Shown: positions 10,563 through 21,328 of the stretch, piece after piece
How positions within the stretch are numbered: position 1 is the first letter of the stretch
How the letters are laid out: each line of letters opens with the position of its first letter
Virus record (IMG/VR): IMGVR_UViG_3300010885_067605
Direction: 5' to 3' (one strand)
DNA from: an uncultured virus (IMG/VR IMGVR_UViG_3300010885_067605)
Lineage: Duplodnaviria; Heunggongvirae; Uroviricota; Caudoviricetes
DNA length: 64,000 bases
Notes under the pieces: model-generated
The model's database searches: none
What the model was told of the DNA's origin: nothing
What the model saw: only the letters and a program-made list of their open reading frames with translations
Made by a program: the position numbers and the translations under genes

Positions 10563-12494
10563 TTATATTAGATTTTGGTCGAAATCAACGTTATTTGATA
10601 TGTTGGCTCTAGCCCGGATTGGCACATGAATTGCACGTTGTATGTTGTTATATGATTCTATATCGTGGTTAACGAATTTAAGTGTGAATTTACGCCTGTT
10701 TCTTTCTATCCATTTGTCTGCATTGGCACCTGAACTCGAGTGAACATGATGGATGTATGCACATTTGGGTTCATATACAGTGGTTAATCCCATAATATGA
10801 CCACGGTATTGCCAATCAGAATCTTCGTAATACATCGGATAGTACATTTCGTCTAATAAACCTATAGATTGGATCGCATCACGACGCATATACATCATTG
10901 AACCAGATACGTATCCTACACTACACCTATTATTATATTCAGGAGCATTAGGATTATCACCATTTCCGATATTCCAGCCAGTACCATCATTGTATAAGCA
11001 ACTGCCTGCCTCCATCAATTCACCAGTGGGGTACAACGATTTTCCACCAGAGCAGCAGACATTACCAGCAGAATATGCAGCCTGGTTTAGATAATGTAAC
11101 CAGTTGGTAAACAATACCTCAACGTCATCATTTAACAAAACTATATCTGATGATGAATATTCAGTAAGTATACGGTTATTGGGTTTGATAAAATATTCAT
11201 TAGAAGTGGTAGCTATATATTCGGTACCTATATAACTATCGACTAATTTCTTGGTGGCTGCAGAGTCGGCATTATCTGTGACTAAAATAGTATAATTAGG
11301 ATAATTGGTATTTTTGATAGATTCGAGGCATCTGTGCAATCGATCATTATTATTGAATGTGATGATAGAAATCACAACGTGTGGTAAAGGTCTTAATATG
11401 CTACTTAAGACCGCTTTTGCATTTGATTCTGATGTAATATTATGCACTTTGTTGTATGCGTTATTGGTAAGATATTCGATCATTGTGTCAGAACATTCGT
11501 TGATCCACTTCAATGCAGACACAAACTCCATATCACTATTAGCTATCAGACAATCATGATAATTGACAAAATCGAACCCTTCTGCCCCTATTGTAGACGT
11601 GATAACTGGTATCTTATTCATTGTAGCTTCGCATATCTTTCCCTTTATACCTGCACCCCATGTTAACGGAGCCAGTAATACTCGCGCGTTTGCATAGTAT
11701 GATCTTAGATCCTGCTCATACCCAGTTACTACTACGTTCGCTCCGTTGTGTAACTTGGTGATATCCTTAGGAGGGTCTGACCCTATGATATATAAAGTGC
11801 TAGAAGAATCAGTGTCTAACACGAATTTATTAAAAATATTATAACACCTAATCGCAGCTTGTACGTTAGGAGTATGGCGGAAACCACCTACAAATATTAT
11901 GTCTTTACCTTTTTGATGTTCGGTAGCCTGTTGATGATGGATGTTTGACAGAATCCGCATGTCTTTCTTGCTAACATCACATGCTTGTTTAATATGATCT
12001 AGGTCATTATGAGTTACAGCCAAAAGCACATCGCATGATTCATAAACAGTTTTTTCTCTTGCCTTTTTATCATGGCTTCCTATGCCTCCACGTTCTTCTC
12101 TGACCCAGTGAACATCCACGGTGTCAACTATTATTTTAATTTCAGGATATAACTGTTTGATTAAAGGAATATATTTTTCTGCGGTATACCACCAGCATAA
12201 GACAGCATGCTTAAACTGGATACCAGATGATTGTAAATTAGATAATATAACGTCGTTGTTTTCACCATGATATGTTTTGACGCCTAAATTGTTCAATAAT
12301 CTCATATATTTATCGTCGACTCTGGCGTCTACAAAATAATATATATTATATCCCATCGCAGACAATATCTTGATTATCTCATATAATCTATTTCCGCCAG
12401 AATTCTGGTCATAAACGGGTGCTTCTGGTGAAAATAATAGCAGATTTTCCAAGTTGGAATCCGGTATTAGGTCGGTAGAGACGCTCATCGTCAT
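10563..12494 (-). CDS. bifunctional glycosyltransferase GT4 + GT2
   Basis: FVGGFRHTPN, GAGIKGKICEA, TSTIGAEG (GT4); LLNDD, GYVSGS, YYEDSDW (GT2). Confidence 0.9.
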   Translation of the reverse strand: MTMSVSTDLIPDSNLENLLLFSPEAPVYDQNSGGNRLYEIIKILSAMGYNIYYFVDARVDDKYMRLLNNLGVKTYHGENNDVILSNLQSSGIQFKHAVLCWWYTAEKYIPLIKQLYPEIKIIVDTVDVHWVREERGGIGSHDKKAREKTVYESCDVLLAVTHNDLDHIKQACDVSKKDMRILSNIHHQQATEHQKGKDIIFVGGFRHTPNVQAAIRCYNIFNKFVLDTDSSSTLYIIGSDPPKDITKLHNGANVVVTGYEQDLRSYYANARVLLAPLTWGAGIKGKICEATMNKIPVITSTIGAEGFDFVNYHDCLIANSDMEFVSALKWINECSDTMIEYLTNNAYNKVHNITSESNAKAVLSSILRPLPHVVISIITFNNNDRLHRCLESIKNTNYPNYTILVTDNADSAATKKLVDSYIGTEYIATTSNEYFIKPNNRILTEYSSSDIVLLNDDVEVLFTNWLHYLNQAAYSAGNVCCSGGKSLYPTGELMEAGSCLYNDGTGWNIGNGDNPNAPEYNNRCSVGYVSGSMMYMRRDAIQSIGLLDEMYYPMYYEDSDWQYRGHIMGLTTVYEPKCAYIHHVHSSSGANADKWIERNRRKFTLKFVNHDIESYNNIQRAIHVPIRARANISNNVDFDQNLI

Positions 12495-12532
12495 ATCTAC
12501 ATATGATCAAAGGTTAAAGATATATTGGTCTA

Positions 12533-13630
12533 TTAAAACAACTGTATGTGTTCTAAAACGTATCGCTTAGACTGTGGCGAATAATAATATATTGATTCAT
12601 CTATGTCCGGTTGTGTTGGTGGATCTAATTCATCTAGCCCAAGTGGATCAATGTCGGTATCATCTGCAGGTTCTTCTAGCTCATCTGCAGGTTCGGGATC
12701 AGGGCTTACTGGTATTTCTGATTGGTCATCGGTTGGTGGAGCTAAATCAGCGTTAGGGTCAGCACTTTTGAGTCGCGAATTTCGCTGTTGGTTGTTTTTA
12801 GTCAATGCGTCTAGCTGTCGTTTAGATGCTTGCCTTTGCATCTCTGTATTATCCGCACCTAAATTAGCGTCTAAAGGAGGTGTAGGGGGCTCTTGAACAG
12901 CGAACCGTTCTGCATTCTGCACACCAGGAGTCTGTATGGCCTGATCAAGCTCTTGTTGGGCTTGTTGCATAGGCTCATCTTCCTGCCGTTCTAATTGCCT
13001 CAACGTGCTTTGCCTTTTGAAATCCTGGAACGCTCTAGTAGCTGCTTGCATTTCAGGGGAATCTTCAGGCTGTTTGCTAGGATTTGCTACTAGATCGGAC
13101 ACTGCCTGGTCCAGCTTATCCTGCATAGAATCAAGATCATCAGGATATCGCGGTTGGGCGTCGATTTCTCTTTGTTTACGTGTCTTGAATATGGATGTGA
13201 GTTTCTTTTTAAGCCAGTTTTGTGCGGTCTTTACATAACCATATTTGGGGTACATGACGTCTTTGGTAACGCCTCTAATAAACCGCGAATTATAAGTACG
13301 ATAATAGTTAGTAAAAACATCTGGAACGAGTTGTCTACCTATCCAATATCGTCTTTTTAAATTATTGCTCTTCATAATAGTTGGCAGAGACCTGGCTAAT
13401 CTATCTCTCTGATCTTGGTTAATATAGTGTAAGTTGATTCCTCCTACTAAATTATTTCTAGTAGAAGGGTGCTTATAAGCACCCAATAATAGTATGTCTG
13501 GTTTAGGATCGTTATGCCAGTTATCGTAATTGAATTTCCAGCGCGGGCCCTCTCCATCTTCTAATATAGTGGTTTCGAATATATATCTAGCTTCTGATAC
13601 GTCTAATTCGCAAGCGTCAGATAACTTCAT
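12533..13630 (-). CDS. T4 gp2-like DNA end protector protein with acidic C-terminal extension
   Basis: D-P-K-P-D-ILLLG...GINLHYI...YRTY resembles the gp2 D..P.I...G.NLHY motif. Confidence 0.6.
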   Translation of the reverse strand: MKLSDACELDVSEARYIFETTILEDGEGPRWKFNYDNWHNDPKPDILLLGAYKHPSTRNNLVGGINLHYINQDQRDRLARSLPTIMKSNNLKRRYWIGRQLVPDVFTNYYRTYNSRFIRGVTKDVMYPKYGYVKTAQNWLKKKLTSIFKTRKQREIDAQPRYPDDLDSMQDKLDQAVSDLVANPSKQPEDSPEMQAATRAFQDFKRQSTLRQLERQEDEPMQQAQQELDQAIQTPGVQNAERFAVQEPPTPPLDANLGADNTEMQRQASKRQLDALTKNNQQRNSRLKSADPNADLAPPTDDQSEIPVSPDPEPADELEEPADDTDIDPLGLDELDPPTQPDIDESIYYYSPQSKRYVLEHIQLF

Positions 13631-13631
13631 A

Positions 13632-15680
13632 TCAATCTAAATGATCAAAAGGATCTACTGGTCTCATCTTAGAGATAACCGCATCGGCCATAACATGAAA
13701 ATCTATGATCGGTCTAGCCACATTTTGTCGTAACGCTTTATCGATCCTACCACATGCCCAATCACAGGCCTCGGCTATTAGCTCTCTATCTACTCGGTCA
13801 GCAGATTTTATGTCCTCGAGCAGTGGCCCAGACAACATGCTCTCTTGGATACCTAACAAGTCTCTTTCGATCTCGGCTAAGATCATCAACTTAATTTTAG
13901 CTGCGGTCAGAGCATTAGAAATAGCGTTTTTTGACACTACTTCCTCTTTACCTCCCGCCTTGGTCTTCATATTTCTAGCAGTCTGTATTCCTAACTTTTC
14001 GAATTCTAGTACCTCTCTGGTCATTTCTGCAGCTATTTCTGTGGAGCCTATCGAAGGGAGCCCTTTGCGTACCCATTCGCTTCGCCAAATAGCCCCATCT
14101 CGAGATGGTATTGGCTCAAGCTCAGGATCCTCTCCATACGAACACCAACCTCTAGCCTCACGCGGTATTTGGATGTTCTTTCTCACATTACCACGACCAG
14201 GGTAATTGCCGCCGGATTCACCCAGCGTTCTGATCGTGTATCTTAATTGAGTTACATTTAATGGGCCAGCGAATTTAACAGCACCTTTAGCTCCTAGCTC
14301 TTCTGCTTTTTTCTTCCATTTATCACCTAGAGTGCTGAAGTCAAATTGCATTGCTCGTTCTAGCATTAAACTGATTATTTCTGTATTTTCCTGCTTCTCG
14401 ATATCAGCAGCACCTTCGTCCTGTGACCCAGCTATATTGGAGGCCATACCGCTAGCATCATCACTACCAGCTGCAGGTGCGTCAAGACTCGATATGCTTA
14501 CGCTGGTTTGTCTATCAGGAGTGCTTATTGCCTGGCCAACACCGGTAGAGGCTCCTAATATCATCACATTCTCATCTTCGATCTCTTCGATCTTCTGGTT
14601 GATTTTATGGGTCACTGCATCTATTCGCTCATTATCTCCTGATTCTATCGCATCGGCGTACTCATTAGCCAGTTGGTAGAATGATGCAGAATACTTGCCT
14701 AAAGGATTGCCAGGATCTTTTTGGTGCCCAGATCTTTCTCTATACTCAGGACCAATCTGTTCAGCCGCTTGTCGAATTAGACTAGGGTCCTTGAGGGTTA
14801 GCAGACCCTTGAAGCCTACTATTCCATCTTCGCTCTTGATACCCAAAGCGGCTTGGCTTTGTTTAGTACCACCAGTGCCGTGGCCCATGCCGCTTTCGAT
14901 ATTTCTGATTGCGTAAGAGATGAACGGACTCCTACCCTCATCGAATCCTGGTTGCATCATTCTCAATAAAGGTATAAAACCGTTCTGGTACAGATCGGAT
15001 ATTAGGGTCCTGTCATTCGGGCGGCCATATTGTCTAGCTAATTGTCTGGCTTTTCTATATAGTGGGGCACCACCTTTATTGCCATACTGTGGGCTCAGTG
15101 GATGATTGTTTTGCCCTGTGAAGAGCATAGCAGGTTCACCAGCCATGGCGAATATGACTTCTTCTGGTGTCCATCTAGGTGCTTGTCCTCCTGGTTCGAA
15201 ACCAGGAGGAGGTGAACCTGGGCTTGACCATTCGGATGATACCCATCGTGGATTAGATGTTAGTGGCCCAATGGTATGATACAAAGCATCTTCTGCTTCT
15301 TGGCGGTCACCACTCCTAGGGTTTTTATAATCTTCATCTACATACCGTTGGACTATCTGCCTTTGTGGTTTTTGGGCGGGGGGTTCATCGGTTGTTGATG
15401 GTTCTTGTCTAGCGGTAGTGGCTATCGGTTGGGTAACAGCTATCGGTTGGGTAACAGCTACCGGTTGGGTATTAGAGGTTAATTGCCTGACCTTGATCTG
15501 GGCCTGCTTGAGAGCCTCTAGCTTGGCCCTGGATTGTGGGCTATCAGACCCGAACTCTCTATCTGCTTCTTTATATTCTTGATAGGCAGCATTAAATGCC
15601 CTCTTGGCTTCTGTCGCATCATCGCTTTCTAAAACAATATTATTCAAACGGCTATTGATTTTGTTTAATAATCTCGGCAT
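13632..15680 (-). CDS. highly divergent sigma70-family-like factor with large insertions
   Basis: region 2-like ARQLARQY..SDLYQNGFIPLL..FDEGRSPFISYAIRNI; region 3-like ISSLDAP; region 4-like STEIAAEM..VSKNAISNALTAAKIKL; AAGGAG RBS before ATG 15680. Confidence 0.6.
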   Translation of the reverse strand: MPRLLNKINSRLNNIVLESDDATEAKRAFNAAYQEYKEADREFGSDSPQSRAKLEALKQAQIKVRQLTSNTQPVAVTQPIAVTQPIATTARQEPSTTDEPPAQKPQRQIVQRYVDEDYKNPRSGDRQEAEDALYHTIGPLTSNPRWVSSEWSSPGSPPPGFEPGGQAPRWTPEEVIFAMAGEPAMLFTGQNNHPLSPQYGNKGGAPLYRKARQLARQYGRPNDRTLISDLYQNGFIPLLRMMQPGFDEGRSPFISYAIRNIESGMGHGTGGTKQSQAALGIKSEDGIVGFKGLLTLKDPSLIRQAAEQIGPEYRERSGHQKDPGNPLGKYSASFYQLANEYADAIESGDNERIDAVTHKINQKIEEIEDENVMILGASTGVGQAISTPDRQTSVSISSLDAPAAGSDDASGMASNIAGSQDEGAADIEKQENTEIISLMLERAMQFDFSTLGDKWKKKAEELGAKGAVKFAGPLNVTQLRYTIRTLGESGGNYPGRGNVRKNIQIPREARGWCSYGEDPELEPIPSRDGAIWRSEWVRKGLPSIGSTEIAAEMTREVLEFEKLGIQTARNMKTKAGGKEEVVSKNAISNALTAAKIKLMILAEIERDLLGIQESMLSGPLLEDIKSADRVDRELIAEACDWACGRIDKALRQNVARPIIDFHVMADAVISKMRPVDPFDHLD
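15421..15471. repeat. 18-bp tandem repeat (about 3 copies) encoding TQP(V/I)AV
   Basis: gctatcggttgggtaaca x2 plus gctaccggttgggta, in frame within the sigma-like CDS. Confidence 0.9.
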
Positions 15681-15738
15681 TGTTGTCTCCTTAATGATAC
15701 AATATTTTTGAAACACATTATATAGTAGCCAAAAATAC

Positions 15739-16407
15739 TTATTTTTTATATTTTTTTAAGATCTGCTTGATTATAGAAAGCTGGCTTTTAGACAGACCAT
15801 AATTGGTTGGTTTAAGCACCATCTTCTCGCATAAGAATAATTTACAACATAGTTCGGGGTTGGCTATGGTTATAGGAGAATAATTGTTGCGTATCATCTT
15901 CTCTAATATACCGAATTCCTCATTTTTATCAATGTCTGGATAATCAATGTCCTTGGGTCTAACGAATACCATAGTCGCTAATATCACATCTTTAAGATTT
16001 CGATTGATAGAGGTATTTCCTGAGATAAAGCTGTATTTAAGTGTGCTAGCTAGCATGCACACCTGTGATTGATTCTCCGCCATAGTTGCTATTTGGGTCT
16101 TAAGTCTTTCAGGGCTATGCCAATAATTGGCATCAAATTGAGCTAATATTTGACCATTCGCTGCCCTTATACCATAGTTTCTAGCCATACCAGCATGTAC
16201 TTGTGTGGGCGTATCTATGACGAATATATTATCAGAAGCGGTTATGTTAAGCTGAGCAGCTTTGTATTGGCTCTCAGCATTGTTAACTATGATCAATTCT
16301 TTATTGTCATAGGTCTGGGAATTGAAGCATTCGATAGTTCTTATGATGTCTGGTACTGGTGTTCTACCAGCGAGCATAATTGCCGATATCAATGGGAGTT
16401 GTGCCAT
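15739..16407 (-). CDS. GT2 glycosyltransferase (degenerate DXD)
   Basis: PLISAIM, SQTYDNKELIIVN, GMARNYG, AQFDAN, PERL. Confidence 0.8.
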   Translation of the reverse strand: MAQLPLISAIMLAGRTPVPDIIRTIECFNSQTYDNKELIIVNNAESQYKAAQLNITASDNIFVIDTPTQVHAGMARNYGIRAANGQILAQFDANYWHSPERLKTQIATMAENQSQVCMLASTLKYSFISGNTSINRNLKDVILATMVFVRPKDIDYPDIDKNEEFGILEKMIRNNYSPITIANPELCCKLFLCEKMVLKPTNYGLSKSQLSIIKQILKKYKK

Positions 16408-16522
16408 TTATTATCTCCTTAATACCAATATTAAGTACACCCAAGTTTGACATGTAGGCAAATCGTGTGAGGAACCTTCAATGCTATTGCATCAGGGTGA
16501 GATATCTCGTGGTACGAAATTT

Positions 16523-17335
16523 ATGTATTTGTACACTTTTGGTGGATTGAGTGATACGATTAGGCAGATAATGTGGGGATGCCAACTAAGTGCCCGATTC
16601 AAACGATGGTTAATTATCGATACGACACATTCGACTTTGCGTGTCGATATACAACAGTATTTCGATATAAACCAGTATAATATATACCGTGGTGATATGC
16701 GGCAATTCTATCAATACGCAAGCCCAGATAGAGTTATTCCTGATGGTGCGATCGAATATGTGATATCTAATGGGTGCCCTAAGACTAACATATTATGCCC
16801 AGAGCAAGATAGCGAGGCAGATATAATAGTATGTGGTAAAAGTGGTCTAGGTGGTACGGTTATTAACCAATTTATCAAGTTATTCCTGATGACAGATAAA
16901 ATATTGACAATACTCAGGCAGAGGTTCTACCAGTTGCCTGAAGATTATATTTCAGTGCATATCCGCAACACAGATTATCAATCGGATGTGGAATTGTTCA
17001 TAGAGCAAAATAGAGTCTTACTGACCGGTAAGAATATATTTTTAGCATCTGATAATACGGATAGTATTAATCTATTTAAAAACAAGGTTGATGCTATTAT
17101 ATATCAATTTGCTAACATACCTAATTACAACCATGACCCAAACTTGGGCATACATAAATACGTAGTTAATAACAAAAACGAATTGAACATAGATAGTATA
17201 GTTGATTTGGTGCTCCTATCTCTAGGTGAACGAGTGCTGTATTCTTGTAAAATGTCTAATTATTCTAAGAATGCCTTTGTTATGAATTCGGACGTCGAGT
17301 GTAGAGCCAAGATAATGTCCCAAATTAACGATTAG
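16523..17335 (+). CDS. NodZ/alpha-1,6-fucosyltransferase-like protein
   Basis: GGLSD, YISVHIRNTD, IFLASDN, SIVDLVLLS, SNYS motifs. Confidence 0.75.
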   Translation: MYLYTFGGLSDTIRQIMWGCQLSARFKRWLIIDTTHSTLRVDIQQYFDINQYNIYRGDMRQFYQYASPDRVIPDGAIEYVISNGCPKTNILCPEQDSEADIIVCGKSGLGGTVINQFIKLFLMTDKILTILRQRFYQLPEDYISVHIRNTDYQSDVELFIEQNRVLLTGKNIFLASDNTDSINLFKNKVDAIIYQFANIPNYNHDPNLGIHKYVVNNKNELNIDSIVDLVLLSLGERVLYSCKMSNYSKNAFVMNSDVECRAKIMSQIND

Positions 17336-17337
17336 CT

Positions 17338-17928
17338 ATGAATCCGTACGACGTAGTAAAACAATTCGAATCCAAGTTAGCCGATTTTGTAGGAAGCAAA
17401 TATGCGGTGGCTGTTGATAGCTGTACTAATGCATTGTTCTTATGCTGCTTATATTTAAAAGTGTGCGAGGTGATTATACCCAGTCGTACCTATGTGTCAG
17501 TACCAAGTAGTATCATCCACGCTGGTGGTAATGTCAGTTGGTCTGATAAACCATGGACAGGTCGATATCAACTAATGCCTTATCCTATATATGATTCGGC
17601 TTGTATGCTAGATAAGGGCATGTACATACCAGGCACTTTTCAATGCGTATCGTTTAGCGCTAATAAACCACTAAATATAGGCAAAGGAGGCATGATATTC
17701 ACCGATGATGATCAAGCCAATAAATGGTTTCGTTTGGCACGTTATGAGGGAAGAAATGAAGTGCCTATTATGGAAGACGAATTCACCATGTTAGGATGGA
17801 ATATGTATATGACACCAGAACAAGCCGCAAGGGGACTGGTATTGGCCACATATTTAAATAAGACCAACGCAGTGTGCCTAACGTATCCAGACCTTTCTCG
17901 ATTTTCAGTGTTTACACAAAGAGACTGA
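17338..17928 (+). CDS. DegT/DnrJ/EryC1/StrS sugar aminotransferase, compact form
   Basis: FESKLADFVG.KYAVAVDSCTNAL, YDSA, SFSANKPLNIGKGGM. Confidence 0.85.
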   Translation: MNPYDVVKQFESKLADFVGSKYAVAVDSCTNALFLCCLYLKVCEVIIPSRTYVSVPSSIIHAGGNVSWSDKPWTGRYQLMPYPIYDSACMLDKGMYIPGTFQCVSFSANKPLNIGKGGMIFTDDDQANKWFRLARYEGRNEVPIMEDEFTMLGWNMYMTPEQAARGLVLATYLNKTNAVCLTYPDLSRFSVFTQRD

Positions 17929-17930
17929 CC

Positions 17931-18725
17931 ATGGATTTACAATTACATCTAGAAGAACTAAATGTTAATGGTTTTACTATATTAGGCAAACTCCTAAGTG
18001 ATGAGCAAGTCATATTTTTTCGGGATAACTTAATCAAAATGAAACAGAAACATATCGATCTACATGGTGCCGATAAATTAAATAGATATGGTGAATTAGA
18101 GATGCTCAGAAATGTGGGCAGCTTCGATAATAGATACTTGGAATTAATAAGGTCTGATTGGTTGAGTGCTACTATAAATACTTTCCTTAATCAAAGAGCT
18201 ATATTGCATGGTTATCATGGTATATTGACCAATCAAGACAGTAATGGCGATAGGACATTGCCATTGAGATTTCATAGAGATGCTCCTTGGTTTAAGGACA
18301 TGCGTACCTGTATATTGGTGCTGATGCCATTAATAGACTTCACAGATGAAGTTGGACCTACAGAGGTGGTACCAGGTACTCATCTTTTCTCAAACATGCC
18401 AAGCCAAGAATATATGGAAAAGCACAAGCTCAAAATGAATATACCAGCCGGTACAGTGTTCATAATGGATGGTACATTGTGGCATAGAGCTGGACGCAAC
18501 ACATCGGGCGAAGTTCGTCCGTTATTGCAAATGAATATCACACTTGCGTTTATGAAACAGCAGATCGATGTTTGGTCATCCAGCATTTTTGACCATTGTG
18601 ACGATTTGGTTAAAGCTAGGCTCGGATATAATGTAAGAAATTATAAACATCCTGACGAGATGCTCACCGAAGATAGAAATTGGAAATCTGGTAACTATGA
18701 TATGTCCAATGCATTGATTAGATGA
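17931..18725 (+). CDS. phytanoyl-CoA dioxygenase (PhyH) family Fe/2OG enzyme
   Basis: FHRD, GPTEVVPGTH, PAGT..DGTLWHRAGRN..R. Confidence 0.9.
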   Translation: MDLQLHLEELNVNGFTILGKLLSDEQVIFFRDNLIKMKQKHIDLHGADKLNRYGELEMLRNVGSFDNRYLELIRSDWLSATINTFLNQRAILHGYHGILTNQDSNGDRTLPLRFHRDAPWFKDMRTCILVLMPLIDFTDEVGPTEVVPGTHLFSNMPSQEYMEKHKLKMNIPAGTVFIMDGTLWHRAGRNTSGEVRPLLQMNITLAFMKQQIDVWSSSIFDHCDDLVKARLGYNVRNYKHPDEMLTEDRNWKSGNYDMSNALIR

Positions 18726-19585
18726 CAGATACCGATATCATTAACCAACTGAGTGCCATATGTTCATTTACATATCAAATGAATGATGGTTGTTGTGTAT
18801 CTATATCATTCTATGATGAAGATGATCCTTTGGGAGGTACAGTTCGGAGGCATCCAGGCAAGAGAGATATCATTAAATTAGTCTCACAAATGCCTTGTTT
18901 AAAGAAGTTAAATATAAGAAAATGCAAAATTGGTACATTGCCTCAGTTTATTACTAAATCATTAGAATATGTCGATATTAGCAGTAATGATCTAACGGCA
19001 ATACCCGATTGGTTAGTCGATCAGAAAAACTTAATATTTCTAAATCTAGGAGCCAATAAGTTAACTACTATTCCTAATTTGGATAACCTACCGTTAGATA
19101 CTCTTAAGATACATAAAAACAATATTACGCGCATGCCAGTTTTACGGGACACCATTAAATCGCTGAATTTATTTTTAAACCCATTAAATTCATGGCCTGA
19201 GATAATGAAAGATTATCATCGGTTGGAGGTGTTGACTATTGGTGTGACTAAAATCGACAAGATAACATCACTATCTGCCTTTAAGCAGATGAAGTGGCTA
19301 ACACTAGTTATTAATAGCATAGACAATTTGCCAGATGATATATGTAAGCTGACTATGCTTGAGGGGCTACAATTAGCCAAAAATCGGCTATGTAGATTGC
19401 CAGAGGACATCGGCAGATTGATTAATTTACGAGCGCTGACTGTTTACGCAAATGATCTTGAATCTTTGCCTGAATCATTCTTTTGCTTAAATCTCCAAAA
19501 ATTAAACATCGCCAAAAATAGACTCGATTCTTTTCATGATAGAGTTGTAGCACGGTATGGTGGTATCGACTTGTTGAGGTTATGA
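18722..19585 (+). CDS. leucine-rich repeat protein
   Basis: about 9 LxxLxLxxNxLxxLP repeats. Confidence 0.9.
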   Translation: MTDTDIINQLSAICSFTYQMNDGCCVSISFYDEDDPLGGTVRRHPGKRDIIKLVSQMPCLKKLNIRKCKIGTLPQFITKSLEYVDISSNDLTAIPDWLVDQKNLIFLNLGANKLTTIPNLDNLPLDTLKIHKNNITRMPVLRDTIKSLNLFLNPLNSWPEIMKDYHRLEVLTIGVTKIDKITSLSAFKQMKWLTLVINSIDNLPDDICKLTMLEGLQLAKNRLCRLPEDIGRLINLRALTVYANDLESLPESFFCLNLQKLNIAKNRLDSFHDRVVARYGGIDLLRL

Positions 19586-20754
19586 TGAGCAAGATAGTGT
19601 GTGTTGCAGGTGGGTTATGGCAGAAGCCTTGGATCGAGTACTTGAAGTATAAAGGCAATTACGTAGCTGTGATAAATCCTGTAGAGACAGCAGCTACACA
19701 TCTGGCTGACTATCATATTAAGGCAGATGTCAATGACATTGACACAATAAACCAACATATTGATATAATAAAACCATCATTTATAACATCAGACCAGTCT
19801 GATGTTTCGACTATGATAGTAGCGGTATTGTCTAAAATATGGAATCTGCCAAGCAACCCAGTAGATTCAATAATGAAGCTAACTGATAAGATGCAGATGT
19901 ACGAGTTGAGCCAACAGTTGAATATACCAGCACCTTCATCTGCTGAAGTCAAGAATGTTGATGATATAATGCAGTTCGGGTCGGAACACGGTTACCCAAT
20001 TATCATAAAACCAGTAGACTCCACCATGAGCAGGGGTTTCAGAAAGATAGACACCCCAGAGTTGGTCAATGATGAGTTGTTTAATGCTACTAAACGTTTT
20101 TCTAAGTCAGGTAAGGTAATAGCTCAAGTATTTGTGCATGGTGATATGGTCACACTGGAGGGAGTGTGCTCCGGAGGTAAACACCGCACTATAGCTGTTT
20201 CCAAAAAAGATGGGTTCTTTTGTCCTGGGATTAATAGAGGGGTAAGATATCCATATGATACTCCATTGGTGAAGCAGATTATAGAAGCTAATGACTTGTA
20301 TATCCACAGCTCTGGCATGATTTTTGGTTTGACTCATAGTGAGTATGTTTATAATCATGATGGGTACCATTTAATAGAGATAGGCGGGCGTGGTGGTGGT
20401 GCTGGGATAACGAATAAGATAGTGCCTTGGGTATCTGGAGTGGATGTTTATGATGTGTTGTATCGTTCTTTAATGGGAGAACAAGTGGATGTGTACGAGC
20501 TTAATGTGATGAAAAGACCAGCCTTATTGAGATATTATACTGCTGATCAAGTCTACCATTGTACTGAAGCCATAGCTGATATGATAAGAAGAATACCAGG
20601 TGTTGCGGATTTCAATTATAATTTCGCGGGTAAACAGTACGTTTATGATCAACAAGATGTTCGCCATAGTATGGCTATCTTGTTGAGTAATACTCAACAG
20701 CAGTTAGAAATGTTGGAAAGTCAGATTCACCATCTGGTTAATCCCAATGATTGA
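19582..20754 (+). CDS. ATP-grasp ligase
   Basis: TDKMQM, YPIIIKPVDSTMSRG, THSEY, LIEIGGRGGG. Confidence 0.9.
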   Translation: MMSKIVCVAGGLWQKPWIEYLKYKGNYVAVINPVETAATHLADYHIKADVNDIDTINQHIDIIKPSFITSDQSDVSTMIVAVLSKIWNLPSNPVDSIMKLTDKMQMYELSQQLNIPAPSSAEVKNVDDIMQFGSEHGYPIIIKPVDSTMSRGFRKIDTPELVNDELFNATKRFSKSGKVIAQVFVHGDMVTLEGVCSGGKHRTIAVSKKDGFFCPGINRGVRYPYDTPLVKQIIEANDLYIHSSGMIFGLTHSEYVYNHDGYHLIEIGGRGGGAGITNKIVPWVSGVDVYDVLYRSLMGEQVDVYELNVMKRPALLRYYTADQVYHCTEAIADMIRRIPGVADFNYNFAGKQYVYDQQDVRHSMAILLSNTQQQLEMLESQIHHLVNPND

Positions 20755-21328
20755 TGATTATGCCCGCATTTGTGATAGATCGCACTAATTGATCATGTGA
20801 TGCATCACTTATATTCATGTGTTTAGTGTGGAATTCTACATATAATTTGTTGATGAGGGAGATGGTACCATCATTAATTAGCTTGTAGAGAACAGCGTAT
20901 TCTGAGCCTTCAATATCCAGTTTGACGGTCAAGTGGTGCACAGCAGGGTCGATATTTGCCCGTAACCACCTACTGAAATCGATACAATTTATGTCCAGCG
21001 GTTTTAAATGAAAATCGTTGCCCATATATTCTTGGCCTGTATCTGTTGCAGACACTGCGTGTCCATCCTTTGTTCGGCATAACTTATGTCTAAATAGTGA
21101 ACTCCCAACTTGATTGGTATCCTTGCTGATATAGAATGGTAATATACAATCTTCCGTCCAGATAGCTTGTGGCATTAACACATATTGAGAGCCGTGGTAA
21201 CTATCGTGGAACAAAGGATTAGGTTCAAAAACATATATCAGATCAAATGGCGTTCCAAATAGATGGATATATCTATCGACGCTGTTCTTTGAGTTGGCTC
21301 CACCGTCTACTAACACTTGTATTGTCAT
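20738..21328 (-). CDS. FkbM family methyltransferase
   Basis: VDGGAN, FEPNP, VKLDIEGSEY, VEFH. Confidence 0.9.
   Translation of the reverse strand: MTIQVLVDGGANSKNSVDRYIHLFGTPFDLIYVFEPNPLFHDSYHGSQYVLMPQAIWTEDCILPFYISKDTNQVGSSLFRHKLCRTKDGHAVSATDTGQEYMGNDFHLKPLDINCIDFSRWLRANIDPAVHHLTVKLDIEGSEYAVLYKLINDGTISLINKLYVEFHTKHMNISDASHDQLVRSITNAGIIINHWD

Noticed and set aside
15421..15471. 18-bp direct repeats as a mini-CRISPR or origin
   Set aside because: Head-to-tail without spacers, in frame, and encoding a TQPIAV linker.
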